Shown: one piece after another, positions 39,855-49,746 of the stretch | Position numbering within the stretch: the stretch's first letter is position 1 | How the letters are laid out: each line of letters opens with the position of its first letter | NCBI GenBank assembly: GCA_963791045.1 | Contig: CAWBQK010000007.1 | Location: 128,001 to 192,000 of the forward strand | Length of the DNA stretch: 64,000 nt | Origin: Candidatus Latescibacterota bacterium | GTDB taxonomy: Bacteria > Krumholzibacteriota > Krumholzibacteriia > WVZY01 | Direction of reading: 5' to 3' | Notes under the pieces: generated by a model | The model's database searches: none | What the model saw: only the letters and a program-made list of their open reading frames with translations | Told to the model about the DNA's origin: nothing | Translations under genes and position numbers: made by a program

Positions 39855-40979
39855 TTGGAAAATCAAGCGATTTCAAAAAAAGATCTCAAGCAGCTCGGCA
39901 AACTCCGGGGTAGAATCAATTCGAACCCGAACGACCAATTTGCGCTCTACGAGCTGATAGAACTCCTGTGGAAAGTCGGAGAGGTCGAAGAGGCCATCGA
40001 GCGCTGCCGCGCGCTCGTCAAACTTACTGACCTGTCCCCGGTGATCCTCGAGGCCGCAACCCGTTTTCTGTCAGACAATAAGCTCTACAAGGAAGCGGTA
40101 ATCGGATACAGGAAACTCGCGGAACTCCAGCCGGACCGGGCGCTCGCCCACTATTCGCTGGGGCGCATCCTCCAGCGGCTCGGCGCCGTCGAGGAGTCCA
40201 TTAGCGAGCACCGCAAGGCGATTCGCGCGGAACCCGACAACGCCGAATGCCACTACAGTTTTGGCGTTACGCTCGCCCATGTCGACAGGTTCGAAGAGGC
40301 GGAACGGTGTTACAAAAAGGCGATCGCCCTCGACCCAGCCCACGCCAAGGCCTATTCGAATCTTGGTTATATTCTCGATCTCAAGGGTCAGGGCGAAAAC
40401 GCGATACAGCTCTTCCGGAAAGCCGTTCAGTTCAATCCTCAGAGCGCCGAGGCTCATTTCAATCTCGGTGCGTTGTACGGCGAGACGGGGAAGCACGAAC
40501 GGGCGATTTACGAATTCAAAATGGCGATCGAACTCGATCCAAAGAGCCTCGAAGGTCATTTCAATCTCGGACTGGCGCTATTCGAGAGGAACGATATCGA
40601 CGGGGCGATCGAGGAGTTCAAGAAAGTGGTCAAGTTCGATCCGTCGAACAAGGCCGGCTACTTTTATCTCGGGATGGGATTCCACAAAAAGGGTCTCAAC
40701 ATGAAGGCGGTCAAATATTTCCAGAAGGCTCTCCAACTGGATCCGGAAAACCCGTCTACCCTCTACCACATCGGATTGTGCTACAACAGGATGGACCAAC
40801 CGGGGAAAGCGATCCCACCGCTCAAGCGCGTGACCGAGATCAACCCCGAAGACGGCAAGGCATTCTACTATCTAGGCGTCGTTTACGACAAAGCGGGTCA
40901 GGTTGACAAGGCGAAAGAGAACTATCGAGCAGCTGATCTCAAGTTCCAGAAACGCGATCGCCGGCGCCACTTGTCGTAG
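39855..40979 (+). CDS. Tetratricopeptide repeat protein
   Basis: About 9-10 regular TPR repeats ('AHFNLG.LY...G....A...F..A..LDP'). Confidence 0.88.
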   Translation: MENQAISKKDLKQLGKLRGRINSNPNDQFALYELIELLWKVGEVEEAIERCRALVKLTDLSPVILEAATRFLSDNKLYKEAVIGYRKLAELQPDRALAHYSLGRILQRLGAVEESISEHRKAIRAEPDNAECHYSFGVTLAHVDRFEEAERCYKKAIALDPAHAKAYSNLGYILDLKGQGENAIQLFRKAVQFNPQSAEAHFNLGALYGETGKHERAIYEFKMAIELDPKSLEGHFNLGLALFERNDIDGAIEEFKKVVKFDPSNKAGYFYLGMGFHKKGLNMKAVKYFQKALQLDPENPSTLYHIGLCYNRMDQPGKAIPPLKRVTEINPEDGKAFYYLGVVYDKAGQVDKAKENYRAADLKFQKRDRRRHLS

Positions 40980-42549
40980 ACACATCCCGGCCATCGGGCG
41001 TGTAATTCTACTTTTGCTCGCGTCATCGATGGCTCTTTTCTCGGGCGATGCCCTCGCCGACCGTATCGGTCAGGAATTCATTCCACCACAACACTGGGGT
41101 TACAAAGCCATCGATCGCTTCGAGGCGCTCGGGTTTGTTCGTCTCCCATCGGAGGGCGTATTTACCCGCGGCGACTTTATAGGTTTTGTCGAAACGATAG
41201 AGAAAAATGTCGAGGCGGCGGAAGTTGAACTTGCCGGGCGCGACCGTTTCAACCTTGATCGTCTCCGAAGCGAATTCACGGACGACAAACAGCTCGAAGA
41301 CCCCAAGAGTCGTTTTGATCCTCCCGCCCTCTTTTTTCACGAGAAACCTTTGTACTTCGAAGCGGATGCCGATTTGTCGCTCATGCCCATGAAGCCGCGG
41401 TTCGACGATCGCTGGTGGGTTTTTGGCGGCTCCAACCTGAGCGCCAGGCTTCATTTCGGCAAGTGGGTCACCTACGATGTGAACTATCGGCTGCTGTATG
41501 GTCCGGAGCGAGACGACTGGGAGCACAAGAACAAGCCGACACCCCGGACCCGGAGCTGGAATGGGCTGACCGCGCTTTATGAACGCGCAAATCTCGTTTT
41601 CGGGTGGAAGTCGCTGGTGCTCTTCTGGGGGCGCGATTACGCCGATTGGGGGCCGAACGACACGGGAAATCTGCTGGTGTCGAATACCGCCGGCAGTCTC
41701 GATAAAATAGGCGGTAGGGTCGGTTTCAAAAGCGTTCGTTTGAGCTTCCTCCACGGACAGCTCTCGACGATAGACCCGCGGCGGACGTTTTCGGCGCACC
41801 GGCTCGAATTCGATGTCTGGAAGCTCACGGTTGGTTTTGCCGAGACGGCTCTCTATACCGAACGCGGGATTGACCCGGTGTATCTGTTGCCCCTTAGCGC
41901 ATTTTACTCGAACCAGTACAACGAACGCGGAGACGACAATATTTTGTGGTCGGCCGACATACAGTACAGAATGCGCGCGGGAGTGGTTCTGTATGGAGGG
42001 CTGCTGATCGACGATTTCCAGTTCGAACGGGACGGAACGGCACCGGACAAGCTCGGGTTCGATCTCGGCGGGCGCTTCGCACTCGCCGGCCCCGTCCCCG
42101 TGACGATCAACCTTCGCTACCGTTACGTGGATATTTATACTTACACCCACCGGGATTCACTCAAATACCATGTGACCGGCGCCGGCGACCCGCTCGCGGG
42201 CAATCTTCCCCTTGGCGTCATCCAGGGGCCGGATACCGATTTTCTGAAACTCGCGGCGGATTTCTATCCGTGGCCGAGCGTAACGACGACCGGGTATGTG
42301 TCCAATCTCCGTCGCGGCGAGGGCGACGACTGGCGCCCGCACGACCGCACTCTCGACCCGTCACCACCCTTCCCATCGGGTGTCGTCGAACGGACGTTTT
42401 CGTTCGGGTTGGCGGTTGAGTGGGAACTTCGGGGCAATTCCCGGTTGGGGATGGAGATCAACCACTCTTTGATGTGGAACAGTAACCACGAGTCGGGGAA
42501 TGACATCGACAGCACCGGTTTCCGCGCCTACGCCACGTGGGATCTCTGA
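40903..42549 (+). CDS. Capsule assembly Wzi-family outer-membrane protein (start codon uncertain)
   Basis: Signal-peptide-like segment, 'GRD...WGP', 'SAHRLEF', 'DDN.L', 'LIDDFQ', C-terminal aromatic beta-strand. Confidence 0.6.
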   Translation: MTRRKRTIEQLISSSRNAIAGATCRRHIPAIGRVILLLLASSMALFSGDALADRIGQEFIPPQHWGYKAIDRFEALGFVRLPSEGVFTRGDFIGFVETIEKNVEAAEVELAGRDRFNLDRLRSEFTDDKQLEDPKSRFDPPALFFHEKPLYFEADADLSLMPMKPRFDDRWWVFGGSNLSARLHFGKWVTYDVNYRLLYGPERDDWEHKNKPTPRTRSWNGLTALYERANLVFGWKSLVLFWGRDYADWGPNDTGNLLVSNTAGSLDKIGGRVGFKSVRLSFLHGQLSTIDPRRTFSAHRLEFDVWKLTVGFAETALYTERGIDPVYLLPLSAFYSNQYNERGDDNILWSADIQYRMRAGVVLYGGLLIDDFQFERDGTAPDKLGFDLGGRFALAGPVPVTINLRYRYVDIYTYTHRDSLKYHVTGAGDPLAGNLPLGVIQGPDTDFLKLAADFYPWPSVTTTGYVSNLRRGEGDDWRPHDRTLDPSPPFPSGVVERTFSFGLAVEWELRGNSRLGMEINHSLMWNSNHESGNDIDSTGFRAYATWDL

Positions 42550-42560
42550 TCGGGGACAAA

Positions 42561-43400
42561 GTGTTCAAACGGCTTCTTGCAACCATCGAAATTGCACGAC
42601 CCCACAACATGGTTGCCACCGCGGGGTGCGTGTTGTCCGCCTTTTATTTGACGGGTGGAAGTAATACCGAGTTGATACTCGTCTCCGCGATCGTGACTGC
42701 TCTGGTCACCGGTCTTGGCAACCTGGTGAACGACTTCTTCGATGCCGATATCGATGGGATCAACAAACCCCGCCGCCCGATACCCTCGGGCCGGCTGTCC
42801 CGGGCGTATGTGTTCCGGTTGTATGCGGCGGGAACCGCGCTTCTCACCCTCTTTATCGTTTTTTTCCTTCCCGTGCCCGTGATGTCGTTGATGCTGATCT
42901 GGGAAGTCTTGCTGTTTTATTATGCGGCGAGCGCGAAACGTGTTGCGCTTTTGGGCAACCTCATTGTCGCCGGCGTATGCGCCAGCGCCTTCGTGATTGG
43001 AGCGATGGCGACGGGCGCGTACATCGATGTTTTGTTTCCGGCGTGTGTCGCTTTTACTCTCGTTTTAGGCAGGGAACTCGTCAAGGGCGCGGAGGATGTT
43101 GAGGGTGACATGTCCGTTGGGGCGAGAGACACTGGCGATCCGTTTCGGAGGCGCGCGCGTCGCGCTTTGGAGCGCCATGCTCCTGTCGCTGTGCGCGGTC
43201 GTCTTGCCGCTCCCCGGTCTTCTTCGGTGTATGGACGGTTGTACACCGTACTCGCCCTCCTCCTCGTGGTCCCGGGACTTCTCAGCGCTGCTTACCTGGT
43301 TCTGAAGTACCCTGGGAAAGCAATGTTCAACCGGGCGAGCTGGATTCTCAAGTTCGATATGCTCGTTGGGATCGTCGTTTTCGGGCTGGGGCGTGTCTAG
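42561..43400 (+). CDS. UbiA-family prenyltransferase, DGGGP-synthase-like (two compensating frameshifts near 43130 and 43225)
   Basis: 'RPHN', 'NDFFDADIDGINKP.RPIPSG', 'RELVKGAEDVEGD'. The alternative frame gives 'TLAIRFG' plus a TM helix. Confidence 0.8.
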   Translation: MFKRLLATIEIARPHNMVATAGCVLSAFYLTGGSNTELILVSAIVTALVTGLGNLVNDFFDADIDGINKPRRPIPSGRLSRAYVFRLYAAGTALLTLFIVFFLPVPVMSLMLIWEVLLFYYAASAKRVALLGNLIVAGVCASAFVIGAMATGAYIDVLFPACVAFTLVLGRELVKGAEDVEGDMSVGARDTGDPFRRRARRALERHAPVAVRGRLAAPRSSSVYGRLYTVLALLLVVPGLLSAAYLVLKYPGKAMFNRASWILKFDMLVGIVVFGLGRV

Positions 43401-43447
43401 CCCCGCACGATGTGCCGCTTTGTGCCGTTGTAACGGACGATCTCCCG

Positions 43448-43476
43448 TTGACCCCTCGAAAAGGTGATGGTACCCT
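43448..43476 (+). promoter_or_regulatory. Sigma70-type promoter for valS
   Basis: TTGACC-N17-TACCCT with a TG extended -10. Confidence 0.45.
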
Positions 43477-43564
43477 CTCATGTTTGGGACGAAAAACGCG
43501 GCTGGGAAGGCCGGAAAACTCCCCTCGCAAAGACTTGCCACAACTTAGACCCGGATCGGTGAAC

Positions 43565-46261
43565 ATGGCTCTCGACCGTTTGTTCGATTTCAAAAAAGCT
43601 CAGGCGAAGTGGAACCAGGCCTGGGATGAGTCGGGTGCGTTCACACCCGAGGCGGATCCCGAGCGGGAGTCGTTTGTCATCACGCTGCCGCCGCCGAATG
43701 TGACCGGGATTCTCCATGTTGGCCATGTGCTCGGGGACAGCGTTCAGGATCTGCTCGTTCGCTGGAAACGGATGTGCGGATTCAATGCGTTGTATGTGCC
43801 CGGGACCGATCACGCGGGTATCGCCACCCAGAACGTCGTCGAGAAAGACCTCAGAAAACGAGGGATCGAACGCAAGGATCTGTCGAGGGATGAGTTCCTC
43901 GAACACGCCTGGGAATGGAAAGACAAACATCACAAGCACATTGTCGAACAGATGAAGAACCTCGGGTGCTCGCTCGATTGGTCGCGCGAAGCGTTCACGC
44001 TCGATGAGAAGAGAAGCCGCGCCGTGCGCGACGTTTTTGTCCGTTTGCACGAGAAGGGCCTGATCTACCGAGGCAACTACATCGTCAATTGGTGCCCAAA
44101 GTGTGGGACGGCGATTTCGGACGAAGAGGTCAAGTACCAGGAAAAGAACGCCCAGTTGTATTGGATAAAATATCCGCTCTCCGACGGCGGGGAAGTGGTT
44201 GTCGCGACAACGCGCCCGGAAACGATGCTTGGGGATACGGCGGTGGCGGTCAATCCCGACGACGAAGCCAAAAAAGGGCTCATCGGCAAGAAGGCGATCC
44301 TTCCGATCGTCGGACGCGAGCTGCCGATAATCGCAGATGCCGTTGTCGATCCCGAGTTTGGATCGGGCTTTGTGAAGGTTACGCCCGCGCACGATCCCAA
44401 TGATTTCGAGATGGGACAGCGTCACGACCTGCCGCATATCGTCGTAATCGATCGCGCGGCCAGGATGACCGAAGCGGCGGGGAGCGAATTCGCCGGGCTC
44501 GAACGGCTCGAGTGCCGCAAGAAGCTCCTCGAAATGCTCAGTGCCGGGGGGCAGCTGGACAAGGTCGAACCATACGTGCATTCGGTCGGCGAACACGACC
44601 GCTGCGGCACTGTGATCGAACCGCTTCTCTCGCGCGAGTGGTTTGTCAAGATGGAGCCGCTGGCAAAACCGGCCATCGACGTCGTTGAAAAACGCGAGAT
44701 CGAATTCTACCCGCCGCGGTGGCGGAATGTTTACCTCAGCTGGATGTACAACATCAGGGATTGGTGTATTTCCCGGCAGCTGTGGTGGGGCCATCGAATA
44801 CCGGTCTGGTATTGTCCGAACGGGCACATGACCGTGTCGCGGGAGGATCCGACGCAGTGCGCAACATGCGGTTCAGGCGGGCTCGAACAGGACGAAAATG
44901 TTCTCGACACATGGTTCTCCTCGTGGCTGTGGACGTTTTCGCCGCTCGGATGGCCCGACAAGACAAAGGACCTGGAGGCGTTTCACCCCACCAACGTCCT
45001 CGTTACCGGGTCGGAAATCATTTTCTTCTGGGTGGCGCGGATGATCATGGCCTCGATCGAATTTCTTGGTGAAATCCCGTTCAGCGACGTCTTTCTTACG
45101 GGAATCGTCCGGGACGCCAAGGGCCGCAAGATGAGCAAGTCGCTGGGCAACTCCCCCGATCCGCTCGATATCATCGACCGCTTCGGAACGGACGCGCTCC
45201 GGTTTACGCTGGTGATGCTTTCACCCCCGGGACGCGATGTCTTTTTTGCCGAGGAGAAACTCGAGACCGGCCGCAACTTCTTGAACAAACTCTGGCAGGC
45301 CTCACGTTTGATTCTTGGTGCGTACGAAAAAGAGGGCGTGGACCTGTTCGCCGATGAAGCCGATACCGGGGATCGGTTTTCCGCCGCGTGGGCGGATGTG
45401 TACGCTCGGCGCTTAGGGTTCGAACCCGAGTTTTCGTGGGAGGACCGGTGGATTCTGGGCGCGCTCGACCGTTGTGTCCGCGATGTTGACGAAAAGCTCA
45501 ACGGGTGGCGGCTCAACGAGGCGGCGGCGCGAATATATGATTTCTTCTGGAATGAATTCTGTGATTGGTATCTCGAGCTTGCCAAGATACGATTGTACGG
45601 TGACGGCGATAAGCGAACGGTCCTCTCGGTTTTGCTATACACACTCGGGGAGTCGGTTCGGATGCTGCATCCGTTTGTTCCCTATGTGACCGAGGAACTC
45701 TGGGCGGAACTTCCGATGAGTGATGGACTGGTGATGACGGCGCCGTACCCGGTGCCAAACGACGGGTTGACCGATGACGAGGCGATGACCCGGATGGAGC
45801 TTTTCAAGGGGCTCGTCACGTCCGCGCGAAATATCCGGGCGCAGTTCGGTGTGGCCCCGTCCGCCTCAATCGAGTTGAGGATAAAGACGCCGCGTGACGG
45901 CGCGGAGTCGATTGAGAGTTTTTCGGATGGTTTGAAGCAGCTGGTTCGTGTGGACCAACTGGTTTTCGGGCCCGATTTGAAGAAGGAAAAGGGAAGCGCC
46001 AGTTCGCCGGTCGGCGCCTGCGAGGTAATTATACCCCTCGCCGGTGTGGCGGACATCGAAGGCGAGATCGCCCGCCTGACAAAAGAGAAGAAGAAAATCG
46101 AAGGCGAACTGGGCGGTGTCGCCAAAAAGCTTTCGAACGAAAACTTCCTGGCCAAGGCGCGGGAAGACGTCGTCCAGAAGGCACGTGACAAAAAGGAGAT
46201 TCTCGAAAACGAGCTCTCCAAGATAGATGAGTCCCTGAACATTATTAGCGAGGAACTGTGA
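43565..46261 (+). CDS. valS: Valine--tRNA ligase
   Basis: 'PPPNVTG.LHVGH', 'DHAGIATQ', 'DWCISRQLWWGH', 'DTWFSS', 'KMSKS', C-terminal coiled coil. Confidence 0.97.
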   Translation: MALDRLFDFKKAQAKWNQAWDESGAFTPEADPERESFVITLPPPNVTGILHVGHVLGDSVQDLLVRWKRMCGFNALYVPGTDHAGIATQNVVEKDLRKRGIERKDLSRDEFLEHAWEWKDKHHKHIVEQMKNLGCSLDWSREAFTLDEKRSRAVRDVFVRLHEKGLIYRGNYIVNWCPKCGTAISDEEVKYQEKNAQLYWIKYPLSDGGEVVVATTRPETMLGDTAVAVNPDDEAKKGLIGKKAILPIVGRELPIIADAVVDPEFGSGFVKVTPAHDPNDFEMGQRHDLPHIVVIDRAARMTEAAGSEFAGLERLECRKKLLEMLSAGGQLDKVEPYVHSVGEHDRCGTVIEPLLSREWFVKMEPLAKPAIDVVEKREIEFYPPRWRNVYLSWMYNIRDWCISRQLWWGHRIPVWYCPNGHMTVSREDPTQCATCGSGGLEQDENVLDTWFSSWLWTFSPLGWPDKTKDLEAFHPTNVLVTGSEIIFFWVARMIMASIEFLGEIPFSDVFLTGIVRDAKGRKMSKSLGNSPDPLDIIDRFGTDALRFTLVMLSPPGRDVFFAEEKLETGRNFLNKLWQASRLILGAYEKEGVDLFADEADTGDRFSAAWADVYARRLGFEPEFSWEDRWILGALDRCVRDVDEKLNGWRLNEAAARIYDFFWNEFCDWYLELAKIRLYGDGDKRTVLSVLLYTLGESVRMLHPFVPYVTEELWAELPMSDGLVMTAPYPVPNDGLTDDEAMTRMELFKGLVTSARNIRAQFGVAPSASIELRIKTPRDGAESIESFSDGLKQLVRVDQLVFGPDLKKEKGSASSPVGACEVIIPLAGVADIEGEIARLTKEKKKIEGELGGVAKKLSNENFLAKAREDVVQKARDKKEILENELSKIDESLNIISEEL

Positions 46262-46746
46262 GTCCAGAAGAGAAAGAAACGGGTTTTGCAAATTCGGTCG
46301 GCGAGCTGTTTCGTAACAAGCGCGAGTCGAAGAAGCTCTCTTTGAACGAGGCCCATCAGGATACGCGGATGTCGATCAATGTCCTGAGGGCGATCGAAAA
46401 CGATGACTTCGGATCCTTCGAGAGTGAAATATATCTCAAGGGGTTTATAAAGAACTACGCGAGTTACCTCGAAATCGATCCCGAATTCTCGTTGCAGGTT
46501 CTTGACGGTCAGAGGGGAGACAAGAAGTCCTCCCGCGGAACCACCTGGGACATCGAGGAGACGGTCAAAGAGGAAAAGATCAAGTCGCCGCAGATCATGA
46601 GTCGTTTTGTCGTGCCCGCACTCGTCATAATCATCCTTGTTCTCGCCGTCCTTTTTATGATGGAGCGCCGCAAAGTAAAAGAACTTCAAAGCAATCTCCA
46701 CAGGGTCGGAACTACGATCCACACGATCGAGTCGGGCTCCGCGTAG
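46258..46746 (+). CDS. RodZ-like HTH protein with one TM segment
   Basis: 'GE.FR.KRE...SL', 'AIE...F', '[13 protein letters not shown]', then a TM helix and a short tail. Confidence 0.75.
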   Translation: MSPEEKETGFANSVGELFRNKRESKKLSLNEAHQDTRMSINVLRAIENDDFGSFESEIYLKGFIKNYASYLEIDPEFSLQVLDGQRGDKKSSRGTTWDIEETVKEEKIKSPQIMSRFVVPALVIIILVLAVLFMMERRKVKELQSNLHRVGTTIHTIESGSA

Positions 46747-46750
46747 TCCC

Positions 46751-48781
46751 ATGGACCGGTTTGTTCTCCAATCCAATTACTCTCCCACCGGCGATCAGCC
46801 GGAGGCCATTCGCAAGCTCGTCGAAGGGGTGCGCGGCGGCGCAACCGAGCAGGTTCTTCTCGGCGTGACGGGTTCGGGCAAGACCTTTACGATGGCCAAC
46901 GCGATTGCCGAGCTCAACATTCCCACGCTGGTGATTTCGCACAACAAGACCCTCGCCGCGCAGCTCTACGGTGAATTCCGCGGCTACTTTCCGGAGAACG
47001 CCGTCGAATATTTTGTCAGCTATTACGATTACTACCAACCGGAAGCGTTCATTCCGAGCACCAATACCTATATCGAAAAAGACGCGTCCATAAATGACGA
47101 CATCGATCGGCTGAGGCTGCGCGCTGCGAGCGCGCTCATGACCCGCAAAGATGTGATCGTTGTGGCGAGTGTGTCGTGTATCTACGGGTTGGGTTCCCCG
47201 GAAGCCTTTCGCCAGATGATGGTCGCGCTCAATGTCGGGGATACGGTCGACCGCGATGAACTTTTGAAACGGCTCATCGAGATACAGTACTCGCGAAATG
47301 ACGTCGCGTTTACCCGAGGGACCTTTCGAGTGCGCGGCGACATGGTCGAAATCCGGCCGGCCTACGAGGAAGAGGCTTTTCGGATTGAACTGTTTGGCGA
47401 CGAAGTCGAGGCCTTGTCGGTGACCGACCCGTTGACGGGAAGAGTCATCAGGACGACCGACTCGATGACGATTTACCCCGCCCGGCATTTTGTAACACCC
47501 GAACCGGTATTAAAGAAAGCGGTAAAGGGCATTCGCACCGAACTGGCAAAGCGTCTCGACGAACTCCGCCCGGCGAACAAACTCGTGGAGGCGCAGCGGC
47601 TCGAGTCGCGAACCCTCTATGATCTCGAAATGATCCAGGAAATGGGGTACTGCACCGGAATCGAGAACTACTCGAGACACCTGTCGGGAAGAAAGCCGGG
47701 GGATCGGCCGCTGACACTGATCGACTATTTTCCGCGTCCTTTCTTGACGATAATAGACGAGTCACACGTCACCATTCCTCAGCTCAACGGTATGTACAAC
47801 GGGGATCGGTCGCGGAAGATGACGCTGGTTGAACACGGCTTTCGACTGCCGTCGGCACTCGACAACCGCCCGCTTCGGTTTGAAGAATTTTCGAAGCTCG
47901 TAGATTCGCGTGTGTTTGTCAGCGCGACGCCAGGCGATTTTGAGCTCTCGACAACGGCGGGCGAAGTGGTCGAACAACTCATTCGCCCGACGGGGCTTGT
48001 CGATCCCGAAATAATCGTTCGTCCGGCGCGCGATCAGGTAGACGATCTTGTTGGTGAAATCAATAAACGGGTCGCCGGCAAACAACGCGTTCTCGTCACG
48101 ACATTGACGAAACGGATGTCCGAGGAACTCACCGATTACCTCGCCTCGCTCGATATCCGTGTTCGCTATCTTCATTCGGACATCGATGCCCTGGCGCGTG
48201 TCGAGATTCTCCGCGATCTGCGTCTCGGCGAGTTTGATGTCCTCGTGGGGATCAACTTGCTGCGTGAGGGGCTCGATCTTCCCGAGGTCTCCCTCGTCGC
48301 CGTCTGCGACGCCGACAAAGAGGGATTCTTGAGAAGCGAGACGAGCCTGATACAGACCTCCGGGCGCGCGGCCCGCCACGTGTCGGGACAGGTCATCTTC
48401 TATGCGGATGACACGACCAAATCGATGCGCCGCGCGATCGATGAAACCAACCGCCGCCGCGAGCTTCAGATGGCTTATAATGAAGAACACGGGATCATAC
48501 CGAAGGGTATCGTCAAGACGCTGGACGAGGTTCGTTTGAGTACGTCGGTTGCGGACGTCAGACGAACAGAAGGCGCCGATATCGTTTTCGACGGGGACCT
48601 GCCCACCGAAGATGTCGCGCGGATGCTCGAGGAAGAAATGATCCGCGAGGCGCGGGCGCTCAATTTTGAGAAAGCGGCCAGTCTGAGAGATCGGCTCGAG
48701 GAAGTGCGAATCCAAATGGCCATGAAGAAACAAGGTTACACGGTCAAACATCCCAGGAAAGGTCGCGGGAAAAAGCGATAG
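46751..48781 (+). CDS. uvrB: Excinuclease ABC subunit UvrB
   Basis: 'GVTGSGKT', 'YYDYYQPEA', 'DESH', '[13 protein letters not shown]', C-terminal UVR domain. Confidence 0.98.
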   Translation: MDRFVLQSNYSPTGDQPEAIRKLVEGVRGGATEQVLLGVTGSGKTFTMANAIAELNIPTLVISHNKTLAAQLYGEFRGYFPENAVEYFVSYYDYYQPEAFIPSTNTYIEKDASINDDIDRLRLRAASALMTRKDVIVVASVSCIYGLGSPEAFRQMMVALNVGDTVDRDELLKRLIEIQYSRNDVAFTRGTFRVRGDMVEIRPAYEEEAFRIELFGDEVEALSVTDPLTGRVIRTTDSMTIYPARHFVTPEPVLKKAVKGIRTELAKRLDELRPANKLVEAQRLESRTLYDLEMIQEMGYCTGIENYSRHLSGRKPGDRPLTLIDYFPRPFLTIIDESHVTIPQLNGMYNGDRSRKMTLVEHGFRLPSALDNRPLRFEEFSKLVDSRVFVSATPGDFELSTTAGEVVEQLIRPTGLVDPEIIVRPARDQVDDLVGEINKRVAGKQRVLVTTLTKRMSEELTDYLASLDIRVRYLHSDIDALARVEILRDLRLGEFDVLVGINLLREGLDLPEVSLVAVCDADKEGFLRSETSLIQTSGRAARHVSGQVIFYADDTTKSMRRAIDETNRRRELQMAYNEEHGIIPKGIVKTLDEVRLSTSVADVRRTEGADIVFDGDLPTEDVARMLEEEMIREARALNFEKAASLRDRLEEVRIQMAMKKQGYTVKHPRKGRGKKR

Positions 48782-48879
48782 GAGGCGGCCGGCAGCCGAA
48801 GTTCCCTTATTTGGGGGTGGTGACGGCAAATCGGGAAATCCGAAGTGGGACAATCGGGACACTAACGAGAGACCATACG

Positions 48880-49746
48880 ATGATCGATAAAAAAGAAATT
48901 CGCGAGCTGGTGGCGGCGGCGCTCGCCGAAGATGACGCCAACGCCGACGGGACCACCGCATATCTCGAAGTCGCCGACAAACCGTTGGCCGCCAGAATAG
49001 AGGCGCGTGCGGGGGGCGTAATCGCGGGGCTGGAAGTTGCCCGAACGGCATTTGAACTTCTGGATCCGGATGCGGTCTTCACCGCCGAGGTCTCGGACGG
49101 AGATCGCGTCGGCGCCGGCAAGCTCGTTGCGTCGATAAGCGGGCGAGCCGGAGCGATCCTCGGCGCGGAACGGGTGGCGCTCAATTTTCTCCAGCGGCTC
49201 TCGGGTGTCGCCACGTTGACCGCGGCGTACGTCGCTGCCGTTGCACAGACGCGGGCCCGGGTTCTGGACACGCGTAAGACTACTCCGTTGTTGCGTAAGC
49301 TCGAAAAGTACGCGGTTAAAACCGGTGGGGGAGAGAACCATCGATTCAGTCTGAGCGATATGTTGCTTGTGAAAGAAAACCATTTTCGAGCCGTCGGCGG
49401 GGCGAGGAAATTTCTCGAAATCATCGGCGCGACAAAACCTCCGCTCGAAATAGAGGTCGAGGTGGATTCGATCGATTTCCTCATCGAACTTCTCGGCGCG
49501 CCGGTTGACCGAATAATGCTCGACAACTTTACACCTGAGGAGGTCGCACGCGCCGTGTCGATAGTTGCCGGGTTCCGCCAGAAAAACCCGGCGTTCCAAC
49601 CGGCGATAGAAGTGTCGGGTGGAATTACTCTCGAGTCGATCAGGGACTACGCGGTCAAGGGCGTCGATTATATTTCGGTCGGCGCGTTGACGCACTCGGT
49701 GCCGGCGCTCGATTTGAGTCTGGAGGTCGATTGCGATGCCGGCTAA
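48880..49746 (+). CDS. nadC: Quinolinate phosphoribosyltransferase
   Basis: 'ER.ALNFLQRLSG.AT', 'DTRKTTP', 'NHR', 'EVEV', 'MLDN', 'SGGI', 'S.GALTHS'. Confidence 0.95.
   Translation: MIDKKEIRELVAAALAEDDANADGTTAYLEVADKPLAARIEARAGGVIAGLEVARTAFELLDPDAVFTAEVSDGDRVGAGKLVASISGRAGAILGAERVALNFLQRLSGVATLTAAYVAAVAQTRARVLDTRKTTPLLRKLEKYAVKTGGGENHRFSLSDMLLVKENHFRAVGGARKFLEIIGATKPPLEIEVEVDSIDFLIELLGAPVDRIMLDNFTPEEVARAVSIVAGFRQKNPAFQPAIEVSGGITLESIRDYAVKGVDYISVGALTHSVPALDLSLEVDCDAG

Noticed and set aside
43480-43564. T-box leader for valS
   Set aside because: The leader is too short and has no T-box consensus.
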